Shown: positions 35,919 to 48,900 of the stretch, piece after piece | How the letters are laid out: every line of letters begins with the position of its first letter | Position numbering within the stretch: position 1 is the first letter of the stretch | Source of the DNA: Eledone cirrhosa | Lineage: Eukaryota | DNA length: 64,000 bases | Direction of reading: 5' to 3' | Assembly: GCA_964016885.1 (NCBI GenBank) | Contig: OZ024742.1 | Coordinates: forward strand, 195,858,001-195,922,000 | The notes under the pieces: generated by a model | Seen by the model: only the letters and a program-made list of their open reading frames with translations | Told to the model about the DNA's origin: nothing | The model's database searches: none | Translations under genes and position numbers: made by a program

Positions 35919-37328
35919 ATGTAATTACGTATGTATGTATGTATGCATGTATATAAGTACGTATGTATGTACGTATGTATGTATGCATGTATGTATGCAC
36001 GTAAGTAAGTATGTCAGTATGTATGTTCTTCTGGTATGTACGTATGTATGTATGCATTTATGTAATTACGTATGTATGTATGCATGTATGTAAGTACGTA
36101 TGTATGTACGTATGTATGTATGCATGTATGTATGCACGTATGTAAGTAAGTATGTCAGTATGTATGTTCTTCTGGTATGTACGTATGTATGTATGCATTT
36201 ATGTAATTACGTATGTATGTATGTATGTATGCATGTATGTAAGTACGTATGTATGTACGTATGTATGCATGTATGTATGCATGCATGTATGCATGTATGT
36301 AAGTACATATGTATGCATGATGAGGGAGCTTATAGATAGGACAACACACGCTGTCTTTTCGTGGGGTAAGTTTTTAATTAATTTTCGTATTCTGAAACAT
36401 CAAAATACAACAATTTTTTGGTCACTGGACTCGGGAATGTCACGACAGAAGTTTGTGGAAGTTACACAAATATTTTAGTATATTTTAGCAGAGCAATCCT
36501 TATTTATATTTTACATTTTACATTTACTTACATCTCAATATAACATGGCTAAAATTCAAATTTTGCAAAGAGAAGAAAACGGTCAAATGAACTAGATACA
36601 TCTCACTATCCCCACCACCACAATAACTTCTACACTCTCTCCCCACCATCACATGTCATTACCCTATCTAGACTAAAGTCATCGACCTGTTGTCAAACTC
36701 TCTACTCTCTGTTGAATGTGTTTATATATATATGTGTGTGTGTATGTATATGTGTGTATATACATCACTCAGTCAAACGACCGGATTTCAAGCCCAACAT
36801 CTACAACAACAACACCGGCACTAATGTTTACAGCAACAACAGCTTCAGAATGAACTGAAATGAACATTTACAACAACAACAACGACAGCGACATCAAAAG
36901 ATAAAAAAAGGAAGGGAAAAGAAAAAAAAAAAAAAAACTCAAAATAACAAAACACACACACACACACGCACACAACACAACAACAACATCAACTGCCACC
37001 ACCACCACCACCACCGCCACCGCCGCCGCCATCACCATCACCAGCGACCGGGCCTTAAGAAAACAACTTTAATAATAATTTTTCTGCTTTTGGCACGGAT
37101 CCAGCGACTGGTCAGCGCATCACTGGTACTCTCTTTTGTTGACTCCGTGGGGTTGAAGGACAAGGTTGACCTCGGCGGGATTTGAGCTCAGAGCGTGGAG
37201 AGCCATAACTCTATGCTGTAAAGCAATTATAATAATACTGGACTGTAATACGATCGGCTTCAACTATACAAACTCTTGAAAGTCAACAGTTGACATAATC
37301 TTGTAATCTTGTATCAGTAATGACGGTA

Positions 37329-37366
<38 letters not shown>

Positions 37367-37466
37367 TTGTTTGTATGTATGAGTGTTGCTGTGTGCGCGC
37401 ATATGTATGCGTGTGTGTGTATGTCGTACGTATAAGTGTCAATAAGTGAGTTTTTTTGTTTTTTTT

Positions 37467-40400
37467 GCGCGCGGGGACATAGAAATAATCGGGCTGGATG
37501 CCCGATCGCGCAGTTAAACCACTGGGAGTGAAGAACCCCTAGCCCTTGTCAGGGCATTCTTCTAGGAGAAGGCATCTCAGGAAACTGGGTTAACTCCGAT
37601 ATAAAACCTGCGGCTCAGTAGTTACCGATGATGTTGATCTTTTCTTCTTTTCGGGTTATAGCTACTGTCGCTCAGAGAGTGGGATTGGCTCAGTGCACAG
37701 TCTTTCCTCACTTTAAAAATATTCGTCACGCACAGGCATTGCACGAGTGCATTAATAATTATTAATAGTGTACTATTATTATTATTATTATTATTATACT
37801 ATTATTATTACTTTTTTTTTTTTTTCTTTTTTTCCAATTCAATGATGTTCCAGAACAATGTAAAAGAGATAATTGGCAATTTAGGTTCTGGAACAAAAAA
37901 GATCATTGGCAATAAGGGCAGGGGCCCCAAGTTATCACAGCCTGGGCCCGCTCGTCATCGTGCCATTGTAATAGAGCCAAACAAGGCATTTAGTCTTGGC
38001 TGCTGGAACGTACGGACGCTGCTTGACAGGGATTCCTTGGGGCGTCCTGAACGAAGGACCGCTCTTGTTGCAAAGGAGCTTCGACGTTACGATCTTGACA
38101 TCGTGGCTTTATCTGAGACGAGGTTAGCTGGAGATGGTCATCTTACGGAATTTTGTGGAGAATATACATTCTTCTGGAAAGGAAGAGATGAAGGAACCAG
38201 AAGAGAGGCTGGGGTAGGATTTGCTGTTAAGACTGTACTTGTGAATAAATTAGAAGAATTCCCAGTAGGGATTAGTGAGCGTCTTATGCCCATGAGAGTT
38301 CCGCTGGACAAAGGAAGATATGCTACCCTGGTGAGTGTGTATGCTCCAACTATGAATTCTGTCGATGAAGAAAAACTGTCCTTTTACCATGCCTTGAAAG
38401 GTGTTCTAAGAAATATCCCTCAGGCAGACAAAGTCATCGTGCTTGGTGACTTTAATCCTAGAGTGGGTAGGGATTTTAACACATGGAATGTAATCGGAAG
38501 GCATGGGGTGGGAGAGTGTTACAGCAATGGTATGCTCCTGCTGCAGATGTGTGAGGAGCTGGATCTGTGTGTTACCAATACCATGTTCCAACAAAAGAAC
38601 AAATTCAAGACCACATGGATGCATCCTGCATCTAAGGAATGGCATCTTTTGGACTACGACCTAGTCAGGATGCGTGACAGACAGGATGTGCAGTGTGTTC
38701 GTGTTCTTCGTGGAGCTGAGTGCTGGACGGACCACCGCCTGGTACGCGCAAAAGTGAAACTAATCACCAAACGTAAAATCCGGGCTCCTGGTGTTGCCCT
38801 GCCCAAAAGATTGAATGCTGCTCGTCTTAAGGATAAAAATGTGAAGAGGACATTGGAAGAAGAGATGTAGGCTGCAGATCTTGGTGAGGATTGGCCGACC
38901 CTTAAAAAGTCGGTTTATGGTGTAGGCAGGCGTGTTCTAGGATTGTTGCAGAGAAAACATCAGGACTTGTTTAATGAGAATGATGTACATATAGAAGACT
39001 TGTTGGCTGATAAGAGGCGTGCTCTGTCACGCTACTTGACGGCAAAACCACAGGAGAGGAATACGTTGCATGAGGAGCTCAGGGATGTAAAATCACATGT
39101 TAGGCGGAGTCTTTCTCAGATGAAGGATCAGTGGTGGAGTGAGAAGGCTGGTGAGATACAAACTGCGTCTGATTACAATAACACAAAGCTGTTGTACAGT
39201 CTCTTGCGTGAGGTTTATGGACCGTCTTCTTCTCTGGTGACACCGCTTCGCAGCAAGGATGGCAAAGAACTTCTTCGTGACTCACAGGGAATTCTACGAA
39301 GGTGGCGAGAGCACTTTGATGATCTTTTGAATCAGCCGTCTGTCATCAGTGAAGATTTCCTCAATCTCATTCCAGAAACTCCTGTGAAAGTAGCTCTCGC
39401 AGAACCTCCGACGCTTGTGGAGGTTGCAGTGGCTATTTCGAAGCTGAACAGTGGAAGATCTCCAGGTATGGATGGCATACATGCTGAGCTCCTACAATAT
39501 GGTGGTGAGAGACTCCTGCAACATCTTCACTCTTTGTTTGGAAGGATATGGGCTAATGAATCCGTACCTGAGGACTGGAGAGATGCAGTAATGGTGGTCT
39601 TGTACAAGGGAAAGGGTAACAGGAATGATTGTGGGAACTACAGAGGTATATCATTGCTTTCTGTCGTAGGGAAAGTTTTATGTAGGGTGCTTCTGGACCG
39701 TCTGCTGACACACATTGCAGATTGTGTTCTTCCTGAAAGTCAATCTGGTTTTCGTGCTGGACGCGGCACTACTGATATGATCTTCTCAGCTAGACAGCTC
39801 CAGGAGAAATGCATTGAACAAAGCTTGGATCTGTATCAGGTTTTTGTCCATCTGACAAAGGCTTTCGATACTGTCAACAGAGATGCATTATGGAAGGTTC
39901 TCCAGAAACTTGGTTGCCCTGATAAGTTCCTTGCTTTAGTTAGGTCTTTCCATGACGACATGAAGGCTTTGGTTAATGTCGGAGGTAACATGTCGGAGCC
40001 TATCTCAGTAAAAAATAGAGTGAAACAGGGGGATATTCCAGCACCGACCCTGTTTGCCATATACTTTGCAATGGTTTTCTGTATTGCATTCAGGAATTGC
40101 GAGCATGGTGTTTACATCCGATATCGAACCTCAGGCAGCATATTTAACATCAGGCGCTTTGCTGCAAAGACAAAAGTGTTTACATCAATCATAAGAGACC
40201 TCTTGTATGCAGATGATTGCGATCTTGTAGCGCACACAGAGATTGATATGCAGCACATTTTGAATGCATTTTCTGACGCTTGCACTGCCCTGGGTTTCAC
40301 TGTCAGTCTCAAGAAAACCGTCATGTACCAACCTGCCCCTAGTAGGCAGTACACTGAACCAAACATCTATGTGTATGGCAAACGAATTGGAGAGGTTGAT

Positions 40401-41387
40401 CAGTTTGTCTACCTGGGAAGCACTGTCAATCGATACAGCAACCTTGACAATGAAATCTCACTTAGGATTAGGAAAGCAAGTGATGCTTTCGGAAAGCTAG
40501 AAAGGCGACTCTGGGGTCGGCGAGACATATGCAGGAGGACAAAGGTAAAGGTGTACAGGGCATGTGTACTCTCTTGTCTTCTTTATGCCTGCGAGACCTG
40601 GGTCACATATCGACACCACCTTAAGCAATTGGAGCGTTTCCATCAGATGTGTCTCAGACGGATCCATGGCGTTCACTGGAGGGACCACATCAGTGATGTC
40701 GAGATTTTGGAAAGCTCTATGTGTGACAGTATAGAAGCTCTTGTGCTTAAGCAACGACTCCGTTGGAGTGGTCACCTTGCCAGGATGAAGGATTCTAGAA
40801 TACCAAAACAACTCTTTTATGGAGAGTTGGTTAAAGGAAAACGACCGCCACATAAACCAAAAAAGAGGTATAAGGATTCCTTGAAAGCCTCTCTGAAAGA
40901 CGCTAACATCTCTGCTGATACATGGGAAAATATTGCTGCTGATCGTAATAAATGGAGAAAGACTGTATATGAGGGAAAAGTTGCCTTTGAGGCATCTTGA
41001 ATCGCACACGAGAAAGTAAGCGGGATGTGAGGAAGGGCATTGCTGTTGCACTTCCAGACGGCGACGGTCCTCCTATGGTGCTGACATGCAGCGTCTGTGC
41101 GAGACTGCCTAAGCAAAGCTGGACTCGAAAGTCATCTTCGCAGTCATAAAGTAAGACCAGTGGTTGACTACCAGGCTGCTGTTGGAGATGCTACTCACCA
41201 TGCTTGCCAAACATGTGGTAGAGAATGTAAATCAGCAGGAGGGCTCAAGCGACATGCAAAAGTACACGAACTCCAACCACAGCCGAATATTCCCAGTGAA
41301 TGTTTTGGTTGCCGACTCTGTGCAAGACATTTTAGATCATTGGCTGGGCTAAAAAGCCACATTCGATCGCAGCACTGTTAGTTGCTA

Positions 41388-41451
<64 letters not shown>

Positions 41452-41539
41452 GCTTATGTGCGTGCGTGTGTGTGTATATATATATATATGTATATGTATA
41501 TTATTATTGTTGTTGTCGTTATTATTATTATTGCTATTA

Positions 41540-41571
<32 letters not shown>

Positions 41572-41639
41572 GTTATTAATGTATGTATGTGTGTATATGT
41601 GTGTGTATGTGTATGTATGTGTGTATGTATATATGTATG

Positions 41640-41723
<84 letters not shown>

Positions 41724-41988
41724 CATATATAGATATATACATACACACATACATACATACATACACATCCAGAGTTGACATTGCACTCAGTACTCCTTTG
41801 GGAGCCCCTACATGGACACACTAGAAGAGGAAGACCAAGGTTAACGTATGTTGATGCCCTAAGGACAGACACTGGTCTGTTGGAGATGCAGGACATGGCA
41901 GCGATAATGAGGGACAGAGACCGCTGGAGAGAACTCGTCCATGGATCTCGGGAATTTTACCCGACTTAGATAGAAATATATATATTTC

Positions 41989-42020
<32 letters not shown>

Positions 42021-42118
42021 TTATTTATTTATTTTTTTTTTTTTTTAATTTATTTATTTATTATTATTTTTTTATTCTCGTGCAATGGCCATACTCGATA
42101 ACGAGGGGGCAGCCATCA
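37467..42118 (+). mobile_element. RTE-clade LINE, copy 2 (ORF 37842-41381 broken by stops and small deletions)
   Basis: Inverted paralogue of 1897-6102; private stops at 38870 and 41000; same motifs and (TATG)n tail. Confidence 0.95.
41768..41975 (+). mobile_element. Short 3' end of a different RTE/RTEX-like LINE nested in the microsatellite 3' UTR
   Basis: [22 protein letters not shown]...[11 protein letters not shown], then a tagataga tail; absent from copy 1. Confidence 0.8.
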
Positions 42119-42594
42119 TGTATGCACGTATGTATATATGCACGTATGTATACATGTATGCATGTCTGAATGTGTGTATGTATGTTTGTATGTATGTATA
42201 TATGTATGTATATATGTATGTATATATGCATGCATGTATGTATGTACGTATGTATATATGTATGTATATTCTCCTAACAAGTAACATTGATTGCTAAAGC
42301 AATACTAAAGAAAGATTCAATGCCTGACCTCAATTTTCATCAAAATGGTGTCAGGCATTGTACATAAATATGTTTGTATATATATATATCAGTGTATGTG
42401 TGTATATATATATGTGTGTTTGTGTGTGTGTGTGTGCGTGTGTGTGTGTGTGCGCGCGCGTGTGTGTGGTTTAAATTTGGCGCTCATATTTAAAGATGGC
42501 TTCAACAGTCTATTTCCGTGGTAGATAAAATTCGACACTGTTAAATCTTAGAATTATTTTTTGTTTTGTTTGTACTTTTTACTGATACATATAA

Positions 42595-42608
42595 CCTTCT
42601 TCTTCTTC

Positions 42609-42675
<67 letters not shown>

Positions 42676-42738
42676 CTTCATTTTATTCTTCATCATTTTC
42701 TTCTTCCCTTTTTTTCTTCTTCTTCTTCTTCTTCTTCT

Positions 42739-42772
<34 letters not shown>

Positions 42773-42896
42773 ATTCTTCTTCTTACATAATCTTACATAT
42801 TCTTCTTCTTCCCTTTTTTTCTTCTTCTTCTTCTTCTTCTTCTTCTTCTTCTTCTTCTTCTCCTTCCTCTTCTTCTTATTCTTCTTCTTCTTCTTC

Positions 42897-42978
<82 letters not shown>

Positions 42979-43098
42979 CTTCATTTTCTTCTTCATCATT
43001 TTCTTCTTCCCTTTTTTTCTTCTTCTTCTTCTTCTTCTTCTTCTTCTTCTTCTCCTTCCTCTTCTTCTTCTTCTTATTATTATTATTATTATTATTAT
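42595..43098. repeat. Higher-order (TTA)n/(TTC)n compound array, resuming at ~51886-51990
   Basis: Spacer atcttcatttt-ttcttcatcattttcttcttccctttttt recurs near 42675, 42980 and 51925. Confidence 0.9.
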
Positions 43099-45921
43099 TC
43101 CTTGAATCTCAGTCATTGATGTTGGTTAACTGGAAAGTCCGTTGGAATGAATATCAAGCCACTACCTGCAGCCTCAGATATTCAGGACGTATCGGAGGGT
43201 TCTTGCTGTTCCCAGCAAGCATGCCTTTTGAAGCGTTCCAAAAAGCGTGAAGGGGCCAATTTTCTTTAACCATCCCTGGAAACTTTTGGAGATAGTCCCC
43301 AGTGCGCCTAAGGCAATCGGGATCACTTTGACTTCATGGCAGTTCCAAATCCTTTTTACCTCCCACTTTAGGTCCTGGTATCGGTTAATTTTCTCCCTCT
43401 CCTTCTCTTGCACTCTCGTGTCGAATGGGCAGGCCACATCCACAATCAGACATGCTCTTTTTTCTTTGTCCACAACCACCAGGTCAGGTCTATTGTGTTC
43501 CAGTTTCTTGTCCGTCTGTATCCTAAAATCCCACAGCACCTTCACCTGATCGTTCTCCATCACCGCCTCTGGCCTATGCTCATACCATTTCTCAGAATGT
43601 GGTAAATTGTTTACTTTGCACAGGTGCCAGTGGATCACCCTGCCCATCACATCATGTCTCCAGCCCTTATAGTGGGTCTGGGCTAGGTGTTTACACTCGG
43701 ATACAATGTGAGCCACAGTCTCCTCTCTCTCTCCACAGATCCTGCACAGTGGGCTAGCCTCCTCCTTGTAAATATGGTGTTTCAACCACTTCGTTTTGAG
43801 GGCCTGCTCCTGCGCAGCCATTAACATTCCTTCTGTAGCCTTTTTGAGGTCTCCTCTTCTCAACCAGTTCCATGTCTGTGGATCTCTAAATTCAGTTTTC
43901 TCAAAGAAGGTACTATGAAGGGATTTTCCCTGAAGGCTGCTCTTTCTCCTTGATGTTATTTCCTCCTTGGACATCCCCTGGCCTACTGTCCCCTCCTTCT
44001 GTACAGTTCTGAGCATTGGCTCCTTACTATCAGTCACGTATTTGTATAGGTTGTTTTTCTCCATCTGAACACAGTCCTCTATGCTGATAAGACCTCTTCC
44101 ACCCTCAGATCGCCTCTTGTGGAACATGTTGTAGATAGTCAATAGCTTCCTAGTCTTCCTATCAATTTCTTTTTGTTCAGCAACATTCCATCTCAGAATT
44201 CCCGCACTGTACCTAATAATAGACACAGCTCGGGAATTTACTGCGCTTATGGCATTTCTGCTGTTCAGATGTGACTTCAATACGCTCCTTACTCTCCGAA
44301 TGTATTCCGTTCTTAACAATTCCTTCATTTTTTTGTTCTTTATGCCATCAGCCTCCAGAACGCCCAAATACTTGTATCCTTCCTCAGAGTCAATTTCCTT
44401 TATCATCTCACCTGTTGGTATCTGGATTCCGTTACTTCTGCTCAACCTACCCCTCCTCATCACAATGACTCCACACTTACTAATACCAAACTGCATACAT
44501 ATATCACTGCTGAAAATACGGACAGTGTCAACAAGCACATCCAACTCCTTCTCACTCTTCCCGAAGAGCTTAAGATCGTCCATGAAGAGGAGGTGATTGA
44601 TGGTAAGCTCTCCCTTTCCCAACTTGTATCCTGCTCTCACTTTTCGCAGCATAATGGTCAAGGGCATCAGGGCAAGGACAAACAACAGAGGGGACAGGCT
44701 ATCTCCCTGGAAGATACCTCTCTTGATCTTCACGCTTCCCAAGGATTCTCCAGTTGATGTCAACTCTGTCTCCCAGGACCCCATACTCCTGCCCAGCAAC
44801 TGTCTGATGTTATCTGCCACCTTGAAGATCTCCAGGCTGTTGGTGATCCAAGAGTGAGGCACCATGTCAAATGCCTTTCTGTAGTCTATCCATCCCATGG
44901 CAAGATCAGTGTGTCTCCTCCTGCAATTCCACATTACCATCTTATCAATAAGTAACTGGTCCTTTGTACCACGTGACTTCTTTCGGCATCCTTTCTGTTC
45001 GTCCGGTAACAAGTTGTTTGTGTGGAGGTGATGGTAGATTTCCTCAGACATAATTGTTTCTACTTTAGGCACAAGGCCAGCAATTATCCAGTGCATTACT
45101 GGTACTTTATTTTATCGACCCCGTAAGGATGAAAGGCAAAGTCAACCTCGGCGGGATTTGAACTCAGATCGTAAAGGGACGTAACTATGCTGGAAAGCAT
45201 GGCGTCCGACCCTCTACCGATACTGCCAATCCACCGCATAATGCTCGTCAACAGTTTCCACATTACGGACAGACATGTGATAGGTCTATAGTTGGTAACA
45301 TCATTACCCTTGATTCGGTCTTTCATTATCAGAACTGTGGTCCCTTTTGTCAACCACTCTGGCACCTCACCCGACACCAAGCAGTCATTGAACATGGCTG
45401 TCAGTTTCGGGTGGAGGGATGTTAAATTTTTAATCCAATACCCTGCACACCATCTGGGCCTGGTGATTTCCAGTTGGTTAGTTTTTTTGCCTGCCCCTTA
45501 AGAGTTTCAACTGTGATACTCAAATCAGTTTGTTGGTGTGCCTGCTCACTGATCTCCCTCTGTACTGTCTCAATCCACCCTGCCTGGTCATTATGTCTAA
45601 CATCCTGCTCCCATATTCCTCTCCAGAATGTTTTAGTTTGTTCCGCCTCAGGGCGTTGCCTCTTTCTTTCCCCTCAAGCTGTCCAAACAGCATCTTCTGG
45701 TTGTTGTCGAACATGCGGTTCTGTTTATACTGACTGACTCTGTTCTCGTATCGCCTGATTTTTGCACTCTTTGCTACAATGCGTTGCTTCAGTTCCTCTA
45801 TGATAATATTTAGCTTTTTCCTCCTAGTTTTGCACTTTATTTCCAGTCTATTTTTAGTGCCTATGTTTTTTAGTGTCCCATTCTGTAGTGACTCAAGCTT
45901 TCCTATGTCATTTCTCATTTC
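43099..45921 (-). mobile_element. Dong/R4-like LINE family 1, 5'-truncated and interrupted by a SINE
   Basis: [41 protein letters not shown] and RLE motifs; (TAA)n at both ends. Confidence 0.93.
45055..45236 (-). mobile_element. tRNA-derived SINE inserted in the Dong RT
   Basis: Splits [14 protein letters not shown]; TSD cataat at 45049 and 45237. Confidence 0.92.
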
Positions 45922-45968
<47 letters not shown>

Positions 45969-48900
45969 GCGACCTACGTAGTAAATCTTATCATCGTGAG
46001 CTCCGCAAAGGTTTGTTATTTCCGTTTGTTAAAAATTGCCATTTATGGAAAATTTTATTGTTAACTGTTTATAAGCACACATACATTGTTTTCCGAAAAG
46101 GACACCCAAACAGATTGGGGCCTTGTGCCCAAAATTTTAACTTTTATTATTATCCAAAAATTTCTTTGAAAAAAAATGGCTAATTCCCCTCTGCACGAAG
46201 CAGCTGAAAGCCTTCCTCACAAAATAACACCTCACACCGACACCACCATTGTAAATGTTACTACATTTGCCAACACAAAAAAAAAATATAAGCAGTAGCA
46301 ATATTTTAAATTTGTCTCAGGCAGACATTCATTTTCCGCCATTACCAATGACTGCAGGTGTTAAAGCCTCCACCACCACCACCACCACCGCGACAACCCC
46401 CCCCCCCCCCCACCACCACCACCGCGACAACAGAAACAAAAGAAGAAAAAATAAATTAACTCGTGATGTCGAAATGAAATCAAGCAAAATGGACTGTTCC
46501 GCACCAAAGACGAATGACGTCACCACCACCACAACTGAAACAAAAATTAAGATTAACACAAATAACGATAGCAACAACAACAACAATGACATTATAAAAC
46601 CGACCCTCAGTTTCGCCATCGTAGCAAAACAATTCGAAGCGTTCACGGTAACTCAAGAAGATTTAGAAAATGCCAAACAAATGGTAAAGAAAGATGGGTA
46701 CAGGGTCAGCCTCACCCCCCCACCCCCCCCCCCCACCTAATAAAATGGAGCATCGGCGCCTGTGCACCGTGTCGTATAGAGCAATAAATGTAAAATCGCG
46801 CCGAGTGGAACGGGCATCCGAGCCCCAAATCCAAAAAGCTTTGGGACATGTGTGAGCAAGAAAAACCCACATCAGACGTGGGCAAAAGTATGGAACCGTG
46901 GATGTGTTCTTTGAAACACCAGAGGAGGCTAGAGAACACTCCATGGCCCCATTAAAAAGTGACGACCTCACACTCGTCCCAAGCTATTGTGGCCAGAGAC
47001 TCGTAAAGATCAGGGTGACCCACGTTCCACCGGCCATCGAAATTCCCTGGCTAATAGCGGCTGTCCTCGCCGGCATCGAAGCCAACACGAAAATAATAGC
47101 AGTAGCAAAAGAAAAGCAGGAAAACTGGTCCGGATCTGGGATGGAGCTCCTGATCCAAGCGGACCAAAAAAGCATTGAGGAGATCCCAGAGGTAATAGAC
47201 CTCACTGACCGCAGCCACCTCACGGTAATTGTCGAGGGCAGAAGACCTAGGTGTGTCGTTTGTGGTGAAGGAACCCACCTAAGGGCTTTCTGCCCTCAGG
47301 CTAAAAGGTTGAGGCCACCTCTCCTACCCACCCCAGTGACACAACCATCAACACCACCAGTAGCAGAGATGGCAGCAACAACTGTAGCAGCAACAACAGA
47401 AGCAACTATAACAGCAACAACCCCAGCAACAGTAGCAAAACCAACACCACTACCACCACCAGCAAAACCAACACCACCACCACCCAACGCTTCAGAACTA
47501 GCACCAGCGCCTACACCATCCACCACACCACAACCAAAACTAACGGCTGTGGAGGATTTTCCACTCCCCGGCCTATCACAACTGGAGACAGATTGTGACG
47601 ACGAGGAGTGGGAAACGATATCCGGAAAAAAAAAAAGAAACCAAAAAAGAAAAAATTCTCTTCCTTCCCCCTCCAAAAACAAAATACAGAGGGAAACAAA
47701 TAAACTAAGAAACAAAAAAGTTAGGACAGATATGCCACCATCCACACCAGCATCACCAACCCCATCAACCCAAACACCAACACCATCACCATCATTAACT
47801 CCAACACCACCATCACCTACACCACAAAAGTCACCAAAATGCGAAACAGAAACAAACCCACAACAAGCGCAAACAAAACAACCAAAACGATACACACTAC
47901 ACAGCATTAAATTTGAACAACAAGCAATTATTACACTACATCCAACACAACACCAGCATCACAGAAAAAGACTACACAACACCCCAAAAATTAACACCAC
48001 CTCCACACATACAAATCACTCGCATCACACAGAAAACGTACACGACACTAAAACAAAAATTCCCCAAAGACATCGGAGACTTCCGACAAGCACTCTCCAG
48101 GAGGATTTATAAGGACATCCTTCCGGAGGACGCCACAGGCAGTGAAAAGGATGGAGAAACCATCCTTCCTCTACGACAAGTAAGGTAAGTGGTCTTTCCC
48201 ATCTTTTCCACTCCTTTTCAACATGACCTCACTCAGAATAGGCAGCATAAATGCGCGTGGCTTGGGGTCGTCATGGAAGCAGGGCCACCTGCTCAACGAC
48301 CTCAGGTCACTAAACATAGATGTAGTGGCCATCAGCGAGACCAGAATCTCCGAAGCACAGGCTTTCGCACCGATCTTCGGCGGCTACGATGTGTACGCAT
48401 CTCCCAGCCGTCCGGGATCGGGGGGAGGAGTTGCTGTGCTTTTTCGGAGAGGTTTGGATCTTGCCATACGGGGCATCTTCCTGAACCCAGAAGGTAATTT
48501 GGTGGTGCTGGACGTGACCAGCGGAGACGGGCAAGCTTTCAGGTTAGTGGCCGTCTATGCCCCGACAGGAGCAGGGCGGCCTGATTTCTTCCGGCGTCTG
48601 GAGACCTTTCTTGGAACGTCCCGCTCTTTAGTGTTAGTGGGCGACTGGAACGGGATCTTAGATGCACGCTGGGATTGTGTGGGATTAGTGGATAGGGAAG
48701 GAGGGTGCAAGAGTCTCACCAACCTGCTCAGACGTTTTGAACTGTCTGACAGGTACCGAATGGATTTCCCGAATGTACCAATGCGGACTTGGACAAATCG
48801 CATAGGGTCATCCAGATCATATCTAGATAGAGTATTTTGTAGGGAAATAGATAGGTCTAGCATAGGCTGTCCACAATTCAAGATAGTCAGCTACACGGAC

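Noticed and set aside
43174-45096. 640-aa ORF starting in SINE sequence as a domesticated gene
   Set aside because: The N-terminus is simply the inserted SINE tail reading into the interrupted Dong RT.
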